A stretch of DNA of 59,426 nt. Source: Basidiobolus meristosporus CBS 931.73. Its lineage: Eukaryota > Fungi > Basidiobolomycota. This document shows positions 1 to 13,084 of the stretch, one piece after another. The stretch covers positions 1 to 59,426 of the forward strand of contig MCFE01000550.1 in assembly GCA_002104905.1 (NCBI GenBank), read 5' to 3'. A program made the translations under genes and the position numbers. Position 1 is the stretch's first letter. Every line of letters begins with the position of its first letter. Below the pieces are notes generated by a model. The model made no database searches. It saw only the letters and a list, made by a program, of their open reading frames with translations, and was not told the DNA's origin.

Positions 1-232
1 CACTATCCTCGGGCGCGCCGTGGGTGTTCCCCTGGGGGTTGAAATGGGCCCCGGCGGAAGTGCAACCGTTGGTATTGTCACCAAACTCGTGGATGTGAAA
101 TCCGTGTTTGCCGGGAGCAAGACCAGTGATCTTGGCCTCGACCTTCACGGGGGAATTCTCGCCGTCCTGCGTGAAGTGGACGGTACCTTGGACCGAGGAG
201 TCCCCTCGGAGAACTGCGACTGCTTTGACCAT
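1..232 (-). CDS. SOD1: Cu/Zn superoxide dismutase, 5' part (runs off the left edge)
   Basis: Manual minus-strand translation from ATG at 232: [77 protein letters not shown]. It contains the HGFHIH and GCTSAGxHFNP SOD1 motifs. Not in the supplied ORF track. Confidence 0.95.
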   Translation of the reverse strand, partial: MVKAVAVLRGDSSVQGTVHFTQDGENSPVKVEAKITGLAPGKHGFHIHEFGDNTNGCTSAGAHFNPQGNTHGAPEDS

Positions 233-1393
233 TTGAATGGGAATGTGAGAATGGGATGGGCTGTGGACTGTGGACTGTAGGCTATAGGCTGTAGGATGGG
301 ACAGGATGAGACAGATTTACGCCAGATGCTTGGTGCCTGATGCTCCTTATAAACACGTCTCTAGCGGTCGTGACGTGAGGCGAGCGGTTTTCGCCGCATG
401 AAATCCGTCTCGGATTGACTGCCGTATTTGGACTGGACGTACAGCGTCACCACCACTCACGCAGATATCTCACATGATGCAACAGCAAGAGGTGGCTTAT
501 TTCGACTGTAGGTAGCCAATAGGCCGACACGGGGATGATGGCGACTCTGATTGATGGGATTTAGGGACCGTTGAGTTGGCTTCTTTCCAGCAAGTCTAAG
601 CCTCGGACCCCTGTCTGGCACCATCCGGACTGATTGACACCTCGTGAAGCAATACGAAGGTGCCGTGAGATCAAGTGGCAAGGCGGCCAGCATTGGCTGT
701 CGTCGAGCGATGCCGTTGACGTGGGATTTCATGGGACTTCATTTGCTACGAGTGAAATCATCCAAATGTCAAGGGCATTCGGCGCTTACCAATCTCACAC
801 CATGGCTGCCCAGGATTGTCTGATGAATCCAGCCAGATCACCCCGGAGAGTGGACGTGCTTGTTTACTGCATACGAGCGGATTTTGCCAGACTCCATTAG
901 CAGCGGGAAACGGTCAACGGACTAATCAACCCCTCCTGTCCTAAGGGCGCCGCAGCTAATCGAGCTCTGGATCACTCGGGTCGGGATCGAATGCTTGGGA
1001 TGCTGGGAGGATCGTGCTTGCAGGTGTTGAGGCAGCAGCTCTGTCAGCGAGAGGCTCTTTGGATAGCTGAGACACTTGGTTGCACAGTTGATGTTGCAGT
1101 ACCAGAATCCACATGTGTGCCTGTGGGCTAGACAGGTCGGGTTTCATTTCGATTGATTGAACATGGATCTCTATGAGGGGATGGGCCTTTATTCCGCCGG
1201 GCACCCTAACCGACACTCATTTCTGAATGGGCAAGTGGATCTGTTCACCAATCATTCAGGGGCCATTGGAATCCATTGGAATCGCTTGGAACCACCTCTG
1301 CCGGGTGCGGATCTAAACAAATTCGTCAAGTGGACGTGGTGCTGGGTGGAATTTTCTCCAACACACCAAGGGGTAGCCGACACTCTTTCAACC

Positions 1394-2581
1394 ATGGAAG
1401 TTGACCAGTCTGCATTGTTGAAGAAGCTAGAAAGCTTTCGGTTCGTACGCCAGCTGAACGAGGGTAACTGTGTGCTCTTTGTCCCCTCTCGCTTTCCCCG
1501 CAAACTAACCGGCCTTCTCAAGACTCCTTTTCAAAAAGCGTCGCCCTCCTAGGCAAGATCACCGACGAGACAACCCAGAAAGAGGAGCAAGGAATTTTAC
1601 TGGTGGAAAAGCTACCTTTCCAAGCCTCCGAGATCCCGGACTTCGTCTCATCCCGTCTCAAAGACCCCAAATTATTCTTCAACAACGATGTCTACCACTG
1701 GTACAAATCCAACCTGGACAACTGCGAAGCGTACCCTGATGTCAAAATGACCCTTATCTACCCTGCCACTGATGTCGTAAGTGCCAGCTTCGCTCCCATA
1801 TACCCACGGAGCCTTACTGACCGCAGACCACACAGCACGTAAACAAGTACAGCGAACAGGAGGCAATCATGGTCCGCGAGACGCCTGATATGTACGAGAA
1901 GGTGGTGGTGCCCTACATTAAAAGATTCCCTGTCTCCCGCATTCAGTGGGTATACAACATCCTGGACAAGGTCCAGGAGAGCGAGAAGATTATCTTTGAA
2001 GACCCCGACCCACAACATGGATTCATCCTACTCCCAGACAGGTCGGTACTTGCCGGTTGGTCTATGGTTCTCCCTCTCACAGACGACTGATTCCTCTTAC
2101 TCTAGCAAGTGGGATCAGACCACTATGAAAGCGCTCTATCTCCTGGTTATCTGCCATACTCGCGATATCCACAGTGTGAGAGACTTGCGCTCCAAGCACC
2201 TAGAGCTACTGCGTCGGATTCGAGCCGAAATCCCGAGGGCTGTAGTCGCCAGATACCCCCATGTGACCGAAGACCAGCTTAAACTCTATATCCATTATCA
2301 ACCCTCTTACTGTAAGCAAGCTCCATCCTCCCTGGCTCAAACTACAGCCACCTAACCTCGTATTTGCAGACCATTTCCATGTGCATGTTACCCATGTGGG
2401 TCTCAGCACGAGCCCCGGCGCAACCTCTGGGAAAGCAATCTTGCTTGATACAGTGATCGATAATATCGAGTGCATCGATCCAGAGTACTACGCCAAGTGC
2501 ACCATAAGCTATGTTTTGGGAACCAACCATGGTCTCTATGCAAGTATCAGAGAATACGAAGACGCCAAACACGATAATTAG
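1394..2581 (+). CDS. DCS1: m7GpppX scavenger mRNA-decapping enzyme DcpS (multi-exon)
   Basis: Spliced exons read MEVDQSALLKKLESFRFVRQLNE/DSFSKSVALLGKI...EKLPF...FNNDVYHWY...KMTLIYPAT...YHYQPSY/YHFHVHVTH (HIT triad). First intron is 1464-1522 (GTAACT..ACTAAC..AG). Confidence 0.9.
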
Positions 2582-2914
2582 AGATCATCCTCCCATCTGA
2601 ACGTGAGTTTACGAGATCGATTTGAAAGGAACCGCACGTACAATAAGTAACCAGAATAATGTCAAGATAATAAAGATGAAGTGTCCAAACAAAAGCTTCC
2701 CCGCTCGGATGTTGTCGCGTCGCAGGGATCACCATATATTCACGCTGATCTGAGAATCTAGCTCTTCGCAAATCGAGGGCCATGTTGCCTACGGGGTGCT
2801 AAGCACATCAGTGTTTATTAATTTCTAGAATAAATATAAAATAATCATACATGAATTCAACTACAAGCTACATCAAGTCAGTGTTCGCAACTAAGCGCTT
2901 TGTTCAATCAGCTG

Positions 2915-5900
2915 TTACCCTTCGAACTCCGATACGTCGGACTCTCCATTGCTGGAACTACCCGTGTCAAGACCTCGAAAATTAACCTGCCGCTTGATTC
3001 GAGAGGACGATCTTGTAGAGGATGGTCCAGCTGAGGCTGGTGACGTATCTTCGCTGGTTGAAGACCTCATCTGCTTTTTCGGGGTAGAGTACGTAACTCG
3101 AGTTCGTTTAGATTTCGGGGTTGCACTGGTTGGATCGGGCAAGCTGTCGCCAACAGTCTGCGAGTCTTGTGGTTCTTGATCGTGCTCCAACTTCCTCTTA
3201 CTCTTGGCAGTGGTAGGGCTCTTCGAGATGGGAGTTTTGTTCGGGGTGCTACTGGAGGACTTGAAATCGTAGATGTCGATCTCCTTCGATACTGCCTCTA
3301 TCTCAGTCTCCGTAGATGGCCCATCTGGGACTACGGTTTTTTAGAATGCCATCCTTTTTTGGATCTAGAAAATACACTTACCAATCACACTTGCCCTCGC
3401 ATCGATTTCCACCTTGACAATATCCTTGGGAGATATAGGTTCTGTTGGACCGTTCTTTGGAGAGCTTTCAATTTTGACAACCACCGTAGGCTCTGAGACA
3501 CTCTTCCTTCCCAGCATATCCGTGACTTTTTTTTGCTTGAGCTTTGTAGCTGTCGGTGTGGCTGCTGTACCAAGGAATTAGCATTTGGTGATGAACGAGC
3601 AGAGCATGGTTAAAACCGGACGTACCAGCCACCTCGTCGACTGGAGGTGTTTCATTCTTGATCGGTCTTGAGCCTTGCTCTAGTTTCACCGATTCGCCTT
3701 CATCTGAATCCGCAATGGGCTGCTGGGTTTTCTTTCGGGCCGCTCGCGAGGGAGTAGCTCTAGGTTTGACATCTTCAAGCAAAATTAGCATGTGCTCCGT
3801 TTTGGGGGGGGGGGGTATTCTTCATACTTTACCTATGGTTTCGTTGTCACCATGATCACTTTGGAAGTCATCCATACTATCAGCGTCACTATCAAGCTTT
3901 CTCTTCGCTTTCGAAGTTGATGCCTTTGGTTTGGGGGTTTTCCTTGCGCCTCCTCTACCCTTTTTGTTATTTTTGAGGCTGTTTTCTGGGTTGTGCTTCA
4001 TGGTTAGCTGAAACTCCTCAAGGGATACCTACGGATAGAATACATCAATACTGAACTGAGATACCAGGAATGCGACATCCAACTACCATCCATTCGGCAA
4101 CAAATTCTTCCAAATCGGCTTCCCAAAGATTGATCGGAGTTTTCTCCATCAAATCGCTAACCTCCTGGTTTATCTTGGCAATTTCTTCGAGTAGTTGATC
4201 CACCTGTTTTTCAGACAAAAGAGATAAATTCTCCTCTTAACGAAATACGACCAAGAATCTACAAACCTTTTCCTTAGTTAAGCTCCAGATAGGCATGCTG
4301 AGAAGATAATTGTAGCCATTAATGCCCTCGTCGTTAGCTGGCTCATCTTCAGCTTCGTCTTCGTCTGCATTGGTATCCTTTTTTTTGGTTTTATCAATGG
4401 CTTTGTATCCTCTGGCCTTCAATTCATTCAGGATATGCAATTTCTTCTTATTCTGAACGATCAGTGTCCCGTCAATGATCTCTTGCACAAACCTAGCCTT
4501 GTTCTCTAGCTCCTCTTTCTTCTGGTTCATCTGGTTTAGACGCCACTCCTATAAAGTTTGTTGGTGCTTAGGATCCAGGAAAGGAGACTCAGTAACGCGT
4601 TTGGATATCTACCTTTCGACGACTGTAGAAGTCCAAACGAATCTCGAAGAATTCCTCTAGGATGGCCTCTGGAGTGGGATACTTCTTAATTTTGAGATTT
4701 TTGTCGAAGCACACCATGTTGGAAGTGGATATAAAATTGGTCAATTTGAACTTTTTCTCAAGACCCTCCTCCTCAGCCTCCTTCATCTTCGCTTCTGAAA
4801 GCTCAATCTCGAAGTGTACAGAGGTATGGGTATGATACTCTTTGTAATCCTACAATGAATTCATCATCAGTATCAGATGAGCTGGCTATGCAGTCCAATC
4901 TACGAGTAGAAAACCTTAATGAATGGTTCGCCTTTCCCTTTATCATCTAACAAGCTCTCCAAGAATTCCTTGTATGTTTGGGTCCAGCTGCGAACTGGTA
5001 ATTCGGTGATTTCAATCTTAGTATCACTAATCTTTCTGATAATACCCGAGACTTGGTATTTATCATCCGAAACCGGGATAATGGAACCCTAATGCGAGAA
5101 TATATAGAAGTTAGATGTGGTAATCACATAAAAGCACTCATTACCCGATACCTTGAATCCTCGGTACCAAGGAATCATTTTGACGACTTCCTCGCCCCGC
5201 ATCTTCCGTCGAAGATTTTCAACCAAATCCATGGGATTGAAATTAGGGATCATCGAACTCCACCCAGTGCCAATCCCTTCGCCACCATTTACAAGTATCA
5301 TGGGGATGGTAGGCATATACCTATATCCATTACGGAGCAATGAATATTTAACTGAGGGAAATCTAGGATTGCATTGAGAGTCTCACCATTGTGGCTCAAC
5401 TTGCTGGCCATCGTCGTTAAGATATGTGAGTAGCTGTGAGTCGTCTGGATGGAAGATATGGCGAGAGAGTTTCGAAAGCGAGGTAAAGATATAACGAGGA
5501 CTGGCAGCATCTTTTCCACCCTGGAATGCACATTTAGTCCAAGCTTTGCATACAGGATTCGTGCGAATATGCTTACTTTGATACGGGTACCAAACATGCC
5601 AATTGGTTCCAACAAATTCAGGTTGTTGCTACCCACGAAGTCTTGAGCCAATCCAACAATAGTTGCACACAAACTTTGTTCACCGTGATGATAAGCCGAA
5701 TGCTCACTGACATACCCGGCAAGTTGTTGAACCTTACGCCTCAATGCTTAGACAAGTTTTGAATTTTCCTTATCCGTGGAGATATTTACCTTGATCTCGC
5801 CCTTCAATTTTCTTTTGAAACAGCCAAATAATATTTTTCTATGACCTGGTTTCAAGCCATCAACAATAGATGGGATCGAGCGGATATTGTCGGCAATGGC

Positions 5901-8454
5901 TAGCAAGGAACGGAGATGGTAAATATTTGGGATGCAGAGAAAACACCAATGGCTTACGTACAAAAGAGAATTAATTCCTTGTTGATAAATTCGGATATCT
6001 CGATATTGGTCACGCTATGGTCCATATAGGTGCCAATCTAATGGAAACATCGGCAATACTAGGTTACGAGGTGTATATCGATACATGGTCTGGAAATTCA
6101 CCCTTACCTGGAAGTTTTGAAGCCACTCTTTACGATCGTCTGCTTTCTTTTTATTGAATGCCATATCAATCAATAATCTGTCCTGTTCCTTAGCTTTGGC
6201 GAACTCTTTGCCGTGATAATCTATAGACCGGAAATAGTTTTTTGCATCGACGGCAGTACTAGTACCGAGACCCTAGAGGTGGTGATGCATCTTCCATTAG
6301 TATATTTGACCCAAGAAATGGATCCACTGTTGCTCGTACCTTGTAGTATTTGATGTTCCAGCCATTCCCGTTGTTGTTGTTGGTTTTCCATGTTTCGTAC
6401 TCGGGAATAGTGAAGAAGCTTATGTCATTTTTACCCTTCTTGACCTGATAAAGCAATGAGTCAACCAACGCATATTGTCATCGGACAGCATGATGTGATA
6501 TCATACCCGAACAATGGGTGTAATAAACTCCTGTAGAAAGCCTGGGATCTTCAAGAGCGAAGGCCAGAAATGATCCAGGAAATTAATGATGAGACCCTTG
6601 ATATGAGACCCATCATGATCCTGATCCGTCATAATCATAAGTCGGCCGTAGCGTAGACTTTCGGTGCTGGTATACTCTTTGCCATGCTGCAGCCCAAGAA
6701 TCTTCTTGACATTATTGATTTCTGCATTGTCATAGATCTGCTTATTTGATGCTTCCCTCACGTTCAGCAACTTGCCTCGTAACGGGAATACGCCATAGAA
6801 GTCTCTTCCCACAACGCTTAACCCACTCACCGCGAGTGCTTTCGCAGAGTCTCCTTCGGTTAAAATCAGGGTGCAGAACTTGGCATGTTTGGTGCCAGCC
6901 ATATTAGCATCGTCAAGCTTGGCTATTCCGGTTAGTCGAGACCGTTTCTGTCCGTTGGTTTTCTTCATCAATTCGTTCTCTTTAACACGAGCGAAATCCA
7001 TGATATTTTCCACCACTTTGGTCTGGTTGGTGATTCGGTTCAGGAATCCCTCGGACAACTGTGGCTTGGAGCCAAAACTGCTGGCCCGCAGTGTAAGATT
7101 TTCCTTGGTTTGCGAATCGAAGGCAGGGTTTTCAATCAGGGAATTGATGAAAACCCAACATTGGTTTTTGATCTGAAATTTCTTGACCGAGGCCCCCTTG
7201 TTCTTGGATTTCACATAGTCTGCAAGCTTATTGACTATCTGATCGGCAATCAGTTGAACGTGCGTTCCTCCTTTAGTAGTGGCAATGTTGTTTACAAAGC
7301 TGACTTGCTGGAATTGGCCTTCGCTTTGCGTAAAGCAAACCTCCCATCGGTCGTCCTTCCCGCATTCGACCTTTTCGTAAACTATCTGAGGCTTCTTCTC
7401 ATTTTCGTCTTCAGCAGTCCTTTTTAAGTACAATTTTACGTAATCCTTGAAGTTTTTGACGGGAATCACTTTGTTGTTTAAGTACACTTTCACTCCACCT
7501 CTAAGACATCCAGCAATGTCATATACGCGTTTAACCAGCAAACTCTCATGGTCAACGTCAATTTCAGTCATGCCAAACTTCGCCAGATCTGGTTTGAAAG
7601 TGATTTTGGTGAAGTCCGTTTTGTTGCTTTTTGTAATGGAGGGTTTCCCAATTTTGGACATGTTGTTACTAAACACCTGAATGTAACAGAGGTTTAGCAA
7701 GTTGGGTGATTGAAGACGTTGAAGGTAATGAAACAAGAGGCGACATCAACAAACCTGCTTATATTTTTTGCCAGTCTCTTTGTTGCCGGTCTCCACAATA
7801 AATTGCGTGCTATAAATGTTGCAAAGCTTGGCGCCGTACCCATTTCGCCCTCCTGTCACCTTTTTCTCTTTGTCGTCGTAGTTGGATGAGGTCAGGAGAT
7901 GACCAAAAATCAACTCAGGTATATATACTTTCTCCTTGTTATGCATCTCAATAGGAATTCCGCTTCCGTTGTTGTAGACTGATATGGTGTTGGTTTCTCG
8001 GTCGATGGTCACCTTAATGGTACTCATACTAGGGTCTCTGATCTACTTATTTACGTCGCTTAGTGTATGCTCAACAGAAATATATCACCGGCGCTTCATA
8101 CCTTATTATCGGCTGCATTCACGAGAATCTCATCGAAAATTTTGTAGAACCCAGGCACTATGTTTGCTTTCTTGTAGACCATACATTCTTCGTTGGAATC
8201 ATAAACCCAGAGGGGCATTTCTGTCACTTCAGCTGAGCCAATATAGGTATCGGGTCTGAGCAGAATGTGTTCTAGTTGGGTTTTCTTTTGATAGATGTCT
8301 GAGGAGTTGTTAACAAGGGCGACATCGATGAGCATACAATCAATAATCACTGACCTTCAAGTGCTTTTCCCTGGTTCGCGCCTTCTGAAGCTTCCTTCGG
8401 CTTCGGTGGCTTTGAATCGGCGGATTCGCTATCCGGTTTGGCTTTAGGATTCAT
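2915..8454 (-). CDS. TOP2: DNA topoisomerase II (multi-exon; start codon uncertain, may extend further upstream)
   Basis: Exon ORFs contain [99 protein letters not shown] and [18 protein letters not shown]. Confidence 0.95.
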
Positions 8455-9226
8455 AAAAGCCAATATACTACCTTTAGGTTCAGATTTCTTCACGTACACG
8501 AAACATTAGGCCACTGGTACAAGCAAAGCAAAAGAACAGAACAAGTTTACCATGTGTGACTTCTATGGCCGTTTCCGAGGATGAAGGCGATGAACAGTAT
8601 AGAAAGCTCGCTACACGCCCTGATACGATAGTGGACAACCTTTACCAACCACTGTTCAAATTTCACTATTTCTTTCGTAGGGATCTCCACAATTGTGTTT
8701 TCAATTGGATTCATCTCATCAACAACTTGATCTGGTTCAATGTGACCACTGGGTGAGATTCCCTCCTATTGGTCAAAACAAGCCCACTTGATGTGCCGTA
8801 TTTACATTCAAGGATGGATTCGCCCAGTAGAAACATCCACTGCGCGTAGACGAATCGACCACACACAATGCATTTACTGCGATCACCATCGACGTAACCA
8901 CAGACGTTGGGCAGATTCAATGCGCATCGAGCTCTAAAAGTGCGAGCATACAGATTGAAGATGGGGTGAACATAAGTTAAAGTCCAACAGGTTTATTTCT
9001 AAATGTATCTCTAAGATCAGTATACTTGCGAGTAGGTACATAATTACACTACAGTGAAACGGGACCAGTTGCCTTTTCAGACATGTCTGATGAAAGAAAC
9101 ACAACGGAGAATTCCAGACGACTGATGCCAAATAGCCACAGGATCTAGAACGATGCCTATTGCACCATGGGCCTAGTGAAGTTGGGTTAGTATATTGCCG
9201 CCAATCGTTCATGGCCTCGAAAGCAG

Positions 9227-10824
9227 TTACCTGTATTCACGCAAGACAACTGGAACACTCGTACAAGGGATCATGCCGACTTCCGAGATGACAACGGTAA
9301 TGAACTCTGATGGTGTTAGATCGTACAGAAGGTTAAGCAACTTTAGGTCGGATATGCTCTTCCAGTCGGCAAGTGCCGAGTTCTGGGTTCGACAGGGCTT
9401 GGCATTCGCTGAAGCGGATGGTCGATCGGTCGAGGCGATTTCTTCGACGCTGCCGATTTCGTTGTACACAAAGGAGTCCAATTGAACACGGTCCGAGAAC
9501 TTGTAGGTCTCGCAGCAAACAATCACTGGGATCTTTTGATGGTTGGCCATCATGGCGACAATTGCAGTACCAGAGCGGGAAAGCAATGCACCGTTGGAGA
9601 ACATCCCGTGAGCCCCTAAGAACACCTTGGACACCTCCTTGATTACAAACCCAATTGCGTTGATCAAAACGTAGGTGCATTGAATCCCAGCCTGAGCAAG
9701 TCTTTTCATCAAAGTGATACCCTCAAATTTGGGCCGGGAGTCGACCACGATCACACGGAAAGCGATCCCTTTCGCGTGTGCTTCAAGAAGAAGGTTCTGA
9801 ATGATTGATGAGCTGTAACATTGCGTAAGTCGCGGTTCAATGAGTAAGCGCAAACGAACGAACTATACCAAGCGTATGTCAAGATCACGTCGCCGTTTTG
9901 GATCTTTTGAAGACCGAAGTCGATGATCATTTTGTCAGCTACGGTGATTCGGTCACGGATGAACTGGTCAATGCGCTCAATCAGAAGTGTTTTGGCCTAG
10001 AGAACGAAGCAATGTTACTAAACATGTACCATCGGCAGATTCGTTTGTCTGGTCCTGTACATACGTCTTCGTCGGGCAGATCGATGCTGAGAATAGAGAT
10101 CTCGTACTTCAAGTAACGGATGGCATTACCCATACTGACTGAGAGTGGGCGCATGCTGACCAGGTAGGCAATTTGGGGATTCAAATAATGCTGAAGGTTA
10201 CGAGTAAGCGTTGTATGAGGAGGCGTTTGATAATCTTGAATGACCTACATATGTACGTTTTGGAGGTAAATATAGGATGCTGAAGTATGTGCATAAGTTC
10301 TTTTGTTACTTTTTTGAACGCATTTAGGGTCGCTAAGGCTCTAGAGTTCGAACCAGATATTTTAAACTCTGAAAACTGAAGTCCAAGTGATAAAATAGCG
10401 GGATGCAATTCCTTGGGGATTTGGGTTCCCAGAGGACCTTTAGGCTCTTCCAAATGTGCAAACAGACCAAGTTGTTTTGGCTTTTTATCCTCTTTGGAAC
10501 TGACGGATTTAGTCTGGGGCTGGGGGGTGACTGTAGGCTTGCTGGGAGTAGTTTTAGGAGCACCGCCCTTGGCCTTCTGACCCTGGCCACCCGCCGCCTG
10601 TTTCAATGCCTCTTTGGCAGCACGTTGCTTTTCCTTTGTTGACGATTAGCTGGAGACCACTGTGAAAGTTGATTGCATTGAAGAATTACCTGTTGAGCTC
10701 GACGCTCAGCTTTTGTCATCTCCCTTTGTGGTTTTCTTACAGAGCTCTCACCATGTTGAGAGCTTTCAAGACTTTCCTTAGTCTTTTGTTTGGTGGGAGT
10801 GGAAATTTCCTTATTACTAGACAT
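9227..10824 (-). CDS. GCD2: Translation initiation factor eIF2B delta subunit (multi-exon)
   Basis: Lys-rich N-terminus (MTKAERRAQQ), LHPAILSLGLQFSEFKISGSNSR, RPLSVSMGNAIRYLK, VIVVDSRPKFEG, VFLGAHGMFSNGALLSRSGTA, CETYKFSDRVQLDS and YDLTPSEFITVVISEVGMIPCTSVP. Confidence 0.9.
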
Positions 10825-11408
10825 ATTTGTCAACCCTCTCAGCAAGGAGAAAGGGAAAGCTGGAGATTAAGTTCGTTTTGTTAACACACACTAGCAAATC
10901 ATTATGGATCACATTATCCAACTAAAATTCATTTTTTTTAGACCATTGAAACGTCCATTGAAAAAAAAATATTCGATCTTCCATCTGATACTGGTGTGGT
11001 GCCAAAATCAACTCTGCTTATTTTATGGCATGACACGTTATGTTGTACCTCCAGGGAAGCTGTGGTTTTCAACGATGTCCAGCATCTCTCATTGTGCACG
11101 ACCAGTCTTGTTCGGGTTCACGTCTATTTGAACGCCGAAATGGAATCCAGCATGACAAAACTGGTCGAAGATGCCAGCTATGAGGAGCCGCTCATCGGTG
11201 TGTGACAGAAGGTACAGGGTGATAGGGCAACTGCCATTGGGGTGCAGTCTAATCAAATATGGGGAGCTTATGGATTTGGTTCTAGCTGCCAACCTTTAAT
11301 AAGATATGCGACAAAAACAACTGCTATGAAAAATACACTTTTATGAGCAAAATTAGGCGGCAACTACACTGGTTTACGACTTTTTCAGTCCAGTGAGTGT
11401 GTGGGTTC

Positions 11409-12441
11409 CTATACGTTGGTAGAGCGCGCCTCCTCCCATAGAGTTTTTCCGGAGCAGGCACACACCTTTTTGTCGTTCTCGAACAGTCCGGCGGAGCGTG
11501 CGATGATTCCGCAGATCAAACCCAGACCGGAGTTCCCGTCAACGGAGCTTTGCTTGGTTGCTCCTTTGCCCAAGTCATCTTTATCGGCGCTAATAACCAT
11601 GGATCTTCCGATGATATCCCACACCTTCACACGAGTGCTTTCGATGATCATGTCGCCCCAGCCATTTTTGTCAACGGTGATATTTCCTAAATCGCCAACG
11701 TGGCCTTTTTCGTGATCACCATGAGGCTCATTAGTGGGATTGAAATGATCTCCAGTGCTTTTGGCACCTTCAGAAACGTCTCCATATTCATGGATGTGAA
11801 CACCATGCTCGCCGGGTGGGAGATTATTCACAGTAATATCGATTAAGCAGTGGTCTTCGCTTACTTGAACAAAGCGGGCCAAACCTTTGGGATGGTAGTC
11901 CTTGTTTTCCGAGTTGATGTTGTGTTCTTCAAAGATACAGACAGCAGCGCCTAGATGCTTGCCTACATAGGTCCAGCATGAATAATAAACCCCTACTAAA
12001 CTCTGATACAAGCAAAACTTACCATCGCTGGTGCCGGAGCCGCGTACAATGACGGTGCGGCCTGTTTCTCTTAGAAGGTTAACAATCTTCGAGGGTGGGA
12101 CTATCAATGACAAAAAACTGTCAGAACATGCAAATTGAATCGAAGCGGGTATATAAACCAACCTGTTCCTTCAACGACGACACGTTGGTTTTTCAAGTCC
12201 ACTTCGGAATTTTGGATTCCTATATCAGGTTTTGGGTTAGGCATGCGATAAACAGAGCTAGTTGGAGCCCATCGTACCTGGAACTTGGCTCAAAGTGCTT
12301 TTCACGTCGTTTACACAACTTTCACAAGTCATGTCGACGGCATATTCAGTCTGGGAGAGTGGTGAAGAAAACAATGGATTCCGTTAAGCCTGAATTCGTA
12401 ACACCTCGGACGATCAAGCCTGCACATACCTTGAAGGTCAT
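11409..12441 (-). CDS. CCS1: Copper chaperone for SOD1 (HMA, SOD-like and CXC domains)
   Basis: Spliced N-terminus MTFK/TEYAVDMTCESCVNDVK (MxCxxC), a SOD-fold middle domain (HGVHIHEYGD, HVGDLGNI) and C-terminal VCACSGKTLWEE. Confidence 0.92.
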
Positions 12442-13084
12442 GTTGAGAAGAGGTAAAGCGAGGAGCTTGGAGACTCTAGGGATGATGCGCTTCTTTAAAG
12501 TGGCCGAAATCCATTTTATCCATGATGCAATGGATATCTGACTAATTCTAAAGTTCGAGAATCTAGCTTAGCATAACGATGCTTCCATTTTTGGTTTTGA
12601 TTGGTAATATAGATAGCCATGGTTCATCATGTCCAGCTTCGACACATAAGCCTGTGTGATGAATGAATTATCATAACCTAAACCAAACCATCAGGCAGAC
12701 ACTATACGTTCTTTATCACGTGACTTGGGGTGGATCTCAGCAATGCAAAATTTGCTGAATGCGATGCTGATTGGCCCGGAGAGTTTAAATCCAATATCAC
12801 AGGACATAAACAATTTGAACTTATGGTGGCTTAATGCAGGTCACGTATTAGCCAGTATAATGGCGGGAATCTAGATTCAATCGAGTTGAACAGCCATCAA
12901 CAGAAAACGGTTGTTATTGTTATGGTGAACTGTTGCTTGCAGATGGTGGGGGTCCAGTCATATCACGCATGAGTAACAGTCCAATGTAGACAAATTAATA
13001 GATCCTCACCAATACCACGAACACCAATACAATATACTTCCGGTTTGTTTATGTTTAATTTATTTCTCCCTAGAGTTGGTCAAA

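Noticed and set aside
1204-1211. Isolated CCCTAACC as an interstitial telomere
   Set aside because: A single 8-mer is expected by chance, and there is no associated element terminus.
457-1393. Short ORFs between SOD1 and DCS1
   Set aside because: No recognisable motifs or splice pattern. The 5' part of ORF 1157-1552 is just upstream open frame of DCS1 exon 1.
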